Positions 28,144 to 32,000 of a stretch of DNA of 32,000 nucleotides are shown one piece after another (position 1 is the first letter of the stretch; every line of letters starts with the position of its first letter). The stretch is from NCBI GenBank assembly GCA_965250005.1, contig OZ252279.1, forward strand, positions 1,968,754-2,000,753, in the 5' to 3' direction. The notes beneath the pieces were generated by a model. The model had not been told where the DNA came from and ran no database searches. It was given only the letters and a program-made list of their open reading frames with translations. The translations under genes were made by a program, and so were the position numbers. This DNA comes from Demequinaceae bacterium. GTDB taxonomy: Bacteria; Actinomycetota; Actinomycetes; Actinomycetales; Demequinaceae.

Positions 28144-28171
28144 GCGGGTGTTGGCCCCCCACGGGCAATCG

Positions 28172-28840
28172 CTACTGGGTCGCCGGTGGCGCCTCTAGCG
28201 TCTTGCGCGCCTTGGCCGCGAGCTTCACGGCAACCTCGTGCCAACCGGCGCGATCCTTCTTGGTGGGCTTGTCTTTGATCCCGGGCGAGGCGAGCTTCTT
28301 GAAGAACGGGTGCTGGGCGGCGTCGGCGATCGCGCCCGCGTACTTGAGCAACGCGTCGGCGGAGTGGTAGCGCACCAGGTAATCCTCGGAGGCCGCGCTG
28401 ATCTCGAGCGCGTCATTCGCCTCGAGCGAGGGCTCGAGTTTGCCGACCGCCATCGCGGCGTCGATGCCGAAGACCCAGTGATTTCTCCCAACCAATACGT
28501 CGAGCATGGTGCTCCGGTGCACCGGGTCTCCGGTGACCTGGAAGAGCGTCTCGGCCTGCTTCAAGGTGAATGAGGCGGACGGCGGGTTCTCGTACGCCTT
28601 GAGGTGCTCGAGCGCCTCGGGAACTTTTCGCCCAGCGGCGATGAGCCGGCCGATGGACTCGGCGGCCATCGCGGCCGTAACAGCGACGCCCTCGATCAGC
28701 ATCGCCTCGACCAGTTCCGGGTCCTCGCGATGCGCCTTCTCGATCGATGACCAGTTCGCACCGTCGTGCCACACCATGTACGGGTCGCCGAACACATCGA
28801 CGTGCCAGGTGTCCCACGTGGGCGCGAGCTTCTTTGCCAT
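28172..28840 (-). CDS. Hypothetical protein (predicted alpha-helical, basic C-terminus)
   Basis: 222-aa ORF with an ATG start and GC3-rich codon usage like its neighbours. I recognise no motifs. The C-terminus is KKLASPGIKDKPTKKDRAGWHEVAVKLAAKARK. Confidence 0.55.
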   Translation of the reverse strand: MAKKLAPTWDTWHVDVFGDPYMVWHDGANWSSIEKAHREDPELVEAMLIEGVAVTAAMAAESIGRLIAAGRKVPEALEHLKAYENPPSASFTLKQAETLFQVTGDPVHRSTMLDVLVGRNHWVFGIDAAMAVGKLEPSLEANDALEISAASEDYLVRYHSADALLKYAGAIADAAQHPFFKKLASPGIKDKPTKKDRAGWHEVAVKLAAKARKTLEAPPATQ

Positions 28841-28983
28841 GTCGCCAGGGTATCCGGAGACCGGTGTCCCCAGCCCGCTGCGGGGGAGAGCCGACGGCCG
28901 GAGCCAACCGCCGCGTCGTCCCTGGTCCGCGCGAGGGCGAGCCTGGTTGCAGCCGCAAGTAGCGGCGCCTCAAGGAGGGCGCG

Positions 28984-29361
28984 ATGAATGATCTGACAAT
29001 GACTGTGAACGGCTGGGTGGCCACTCAGCCAGCCCAGCATGTGGGGCCGTCGGGGGTGCGGCTCACCAGTTTTCGGATGGCGAGCACGTCCCGGTACTAC
29101 GACCGGGAGAAGCAAGAATGGGTGGACGGCCGCACCGAGTGGTTCTCCGTCAAGGTGTTCCGGAACGCCGCGATCACCGTGGCGAACTCTATTCACAAGG
29201 GGCAGCCCGTTGTGGTTCACGGGCGCTTCCGGACATCCGAGTGGGAAGGCGACTCCGGGACGCGCGTGGACCTCGTGATCGACGCGACAAGCGTGGGGCA
29301 CGACTTGACGCGCGGTACAGCGGACTTCTCGCGGGCAGTGGGCGATGGTGCACTAACCTAA
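28984..29361 (+). CDS. Single-stranded DNA-binding protein paralogue (OB fold), apparently cut at its 3' end by the sequence junction
   Basis: AAGGAGGG RBS upstream. The OB-fold SSB pattern is VNGWVATQP...RLTSFRMAST...EWFSVKVFRNAAITVANSIHKGQPVVVHGRFRTSEWEGDSGTRVDLVIDATSVGHDL. The last 2-3 codons and the TAA stop lie in the AT-rich foreign sequence, so the native C-terminus is probably missing. Confidence 0.7.
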   Translation: MNDLTMTVNGWVATQPAQHVGPSGVRLTSFRMASTSRYYDREKQEWVDGRTEWFSVKVFRNAAITVANSIHKGQPVVVHGRFRTSEWEGDSGTRVDLVIDATSVGHDLTRGTADFSRAVGDGALT

Positions 29362-29362
29362 A
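29353..29362. other. Compositional breakpoint: high-GC bacterial DNA joins AT-rich eukaryote-like DNA
   Basis: ...gggcagtgggcgatggtgcac | taacctaaaattaaaactggttttgactataaaatat... Coding density, GC content and repeat content all change within fewer than 10 bp. Confidence 0.9.
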
Positions 29363-29599
29363 ATTAAAACTGGTTTTGACTATAAAATATGATCGGTTTC
29401 AGTTCGGTTAACCTTATGAATACAGCTCTATTTATTATACAGCTTAAATGGTACATGTATGGATGTGTAGGAGATCTAATAGAATGTATGTAAAATAATA
29501 CTTCTTGACATACATTTTGGTGGATGAAGGAAAAAAAGGGGATGTGGAAGTCGAAGGAGGGGAACTACAACATGAAGAGGTGAGGAAAAGCAAGAGGAG

Positions 29600-29760
<161 letters not shown>

Positions 29761-30160
29761 AAAATAAATAGTAGTAAAAGTACTTAAAGAAGAAGAAGAA
29801 ACAAAAAGAAGAAATGGAATGATGGAAAATATGAAAAAAGAAGGAAGAAAATGAGACTGAGAGATTGGGCAACAAATCAAGCACTGTACTTGGAATGGCA
29901 AACAAATAGAAAACAGCATAGTTAAATGTAAAAACCTGAACTTTAACTTTCAAACTTGTACTTTGCCAGAACTTGAAGAAGGAAACACTCATTAGAAGAA
30001 TTTCTTCTATGTGATATGGAACATTACTTCATAATTTGATCTACATGTATGAAGTGATGTCCTTGGTTTCCATGGCTACATAAACATCTAACACTTTACA
30101 CTGGAAGAGGGGGAGCTCATATTTCCATGAAGTAACCATGGAAACAACATGCCCTCATCT

Positions 30161-30729
30161 TAAAGGTAGTGGATCCCATTTGCAGTCTCAAAATGTGAGA
30201 CTGGATAAAAAATAATGGCATGTAGAAGTAAATACCATGTAGGAACTCTCTGTAAAAAATAAGAACTGGAAACTAACTTTAGGTTGATTTTTTATGAATA
30301 AATTATTTAGCTCTGAATTTGAGTTAATGTATGGGCCATACAAAAATTGTCAATAGGGCTTACACACTAAACTCTATTTTAGAGTTTTATCTCTTACTGT
30401 ATACGCCATATATTTCGCGAGTCTAATTTTTCGCGAATCCGGACTTCAATACATTTTCGCGAGTGGGTATATTCGCGATCGAGGAGGAGAGCAATGGATG
30501 GATCGGAGGTTAATTTATTTTCGCGTGTTGTTGAATTCGCGAAAAGCACCGACTCGCGAAATTCGCGAAAATAAAACCCCCGCGAAATATATGGCGTATA
30601 CAGTATTTGAAAATTTTACAACTTACAACTATAAGATTTCATATTCATCATCACACTACTATATATTTATCATCCTTGCATAGTTTTGTGATGTTTAAGG
30701 ATATCTGCAAATAGGATCTACTACCTTTA
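30161..30729. mobile_element. Non-autonomous TIR element (MITE-like, ~570 bp) with TTAA/TA flanks
   Basis: The left end ttaaaggtagtggatcccatttgcag (30160-30185) and the reverse complement of the right end, ttaaaggtagtagatcctatttgcag (30705-30730), match at 24 of 26 positions. There is no coding capacity. A subterminal 8-bp hairpin cagtctca/tgagactg lies at 30183-30203. Confidence 0.6.
30397..30603. mobile_element. Nested MITE-like element (~207 bp) with perfect 23-bp TIRs and TA flanks
   Basis: ctgtatacgccatatatttcgcg (30397-30419) is the perfect reverse complement of cgcgaaatatatggcgtatacag (30581-30603). TA sits immediately outside both ends. The interior carries at least eight copies of a (t)tcgcg(a) core. 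It lies wholly inside the 30161-30729 element. Confidence 0.7.
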
Positions 30730-31289
30730 ACAGGAAACAAACATCATTGCTGAACTGTTAATGCATTTAAGCAAACTCTACCTGTTTTAAATTGGTTGTG
30801 TACTCAGGGCTAAAAATACATAGATTTAATTAATGGGGTCTTTTTCCTAGTTTGTCAGGGAATTTAAGGGGCCCATAAAAATTTGTTAAGAGGGCTGTGT
30901 TTATAGCTTATGGGGGGCTATAAAATATACAAATCTATAGACATTCTTGTATTTTACTGCTATTTGTAATACATTCCTAAATAAAAGTGTACATAACTGT
31001 ACTGCAAAGTTGTACAAAATAACAATTTTTACCATTAGGCACCTAAATCAGTACACAAATAAAGAATTAATTTCCTATGATTTCCAGAGCTCATTAGCCT
31101 CAAGCCTGTGTACATGTACTTTGAGCAATGGTTAATCATACTGACACACAGATGTTTAACAACATAATTGCCCTGATTTTATGGACCTGAATAACTACGG
31201 GTAAATCATATCTATTTTAACAGGGCTTATTTCCTACATTTATACAGAGTATGCAGAATGAAGAGGCAAACTCCCCTTAGGCTAGTCTC

Positions 31290-31661
31290 CTAGGGTGTGT
31301 TTATCGCATTTTTCTGAATTAGAAACAGGCGATAAACAGGCTTTTGATACCCATAATCAAACGCCGATACAAACGCGTATACAAACCCGTTTCTCGGACG
31401 TCGTGTTTATCGGCCCGTTTCTAGTAGGGGGTATAAAACGTTTGTCTCTGCTTCTCTGCGCAGCTGCAGTGCTTTCTAGCTCATCGGGTGACCATCGGGC
31501 GATCAAAAGCCACAAATTTGTGGCTTTCAAATCAGGTAGGCTAAACGGCTATCAAAACGGCTTTGCGTTTATCGAGGGCGATCTGGTAGGCTAATCACGA
31601 ATCAAAACACTGTTTAGAACGCAGAAACACGACAGAAACAGGGCGATAAACACACCCCTAG
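31290..31661. mobile_element. MITE-like element (~370 bp) with ~18-bp TIRs and internal copies of the terminal motif
   Basis: The left end ctagggtgtgtttatcgc (31290-31307) matches the reverse complement of the right end, ctaggggtgtgtttatcgc (31643-31661), with one 1-nt indel. The terminal motif cgataaac/gtttatcg recurs internally at least five times. Confidence 0.55.
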
Positions 31662-32000
31662 ATACCAAATGGCTTAAACATTAAAGGGGGGGAAATTGTG
31701 CTAGTTGTGAGATGAGTCTATTTCCTATAAAATTTTCCATAGTTTTCATGAAACAATCTTATGTGTAAACAGTTATTGTTTTTGTAATTTGTATAATAAC
31801 ATGCAAGGTTATGTAAACAAAAGTGGGAGTACATACCTTTCAATACAAACAACATTTTGACTGCAGACTGCAGTGTCCTTAAAAGCACATTAAAAGGCGA
31901 ATCTATTTTGTTTGCCCAATGGGTGTACATAAATATGTTCTCTACCTGGTTCAGTAATAGTGATTTACACAATCTATTGTTCACATACATGTAGTTCAGT

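Noticed and set aside
30331-30925. Short dispersed similarity gggccatacaaaaattgtcaatagggct (about 30333-30360) versus ggggcccataaaaatttgttaagagggct (about 30868-30896), and gggggctataaaata (about 30913).
   Set aside because: The matches are only about 25-30 bp and imperfect. That is too short and AT-biased to distinguish a repeat family from chance without genome-wide copy counts.
31295-31594. 99-aa + strand ORF in the AT-rich tail, plus similar short ORFs at 30498..30683, 30947..31135 and 31718..31990.
   Set aside because: They lie inside or across repeat elements and have no recognisable domains. An intronless prokaryote-style ORF call is not meaningful in eukaryote-like DNA.

Overview
The window is a composite of two unrelated kinds of DNA. 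Positions 1 to about 29355 are gene-dense, strongly G+C-rich bacterial sequence with the hallmarks of Actinomycetota core chromosome. The evidence for that placement is a DUF3039-clpS-DUF2017-murI-MBL hydrolase-rph-rdgB array syntenic with M. tuberculosis Rv1331-Rv1341, orn next to tRNA-His, and a SigH/SigR-type promoter upstream of trxA. I call 30 protein-coding genes, 4 tRNA genes (Leu-UAG, Lys-CUU, His-GUG, Arg-UCU), 3 hairpin terminators and 1 promoter. Functions include metal and cation homeostasis (ArsR-CDF pair, CaCA antiporter), two ABC systems, thiol-redox genes (trxA, bcp, OYE) and RNA/nucleotide housekeeping. At about 29355 the sequence switches within a few bases to AT-rich, ORF-poor DNA with long trinucleotide microsatellites and nested TIR-bounded MITE-like elements, which looks eukaryotic. 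The switch falls inside an ssb-like gene. This junction is the most striking feature and most likely reflects chimeric assembly, contamination or concatenation, with very recent bacterium-to-eukaryote transfer as the alternative. Within the bacterial part the most unusual items are: (1) an RdgB (dITP/XTP pyrophosphatase) fused through an Ala/Pro-rich linker to a Mug/TDG-like UDG-superfamily domain with a divergent active-site motif; (2) a roughly 1500-aa membrane protein with an N-terminal zinc ribbon and a roughly 230-aa polytopic module repeated about six times; (3) a translationally coupled pair of dynamin-like GTPases. I found no CRISPR array, prophage, integrase or recognisable defence island. 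All calls come from reading the sequence and the ORF track, with no database searches.
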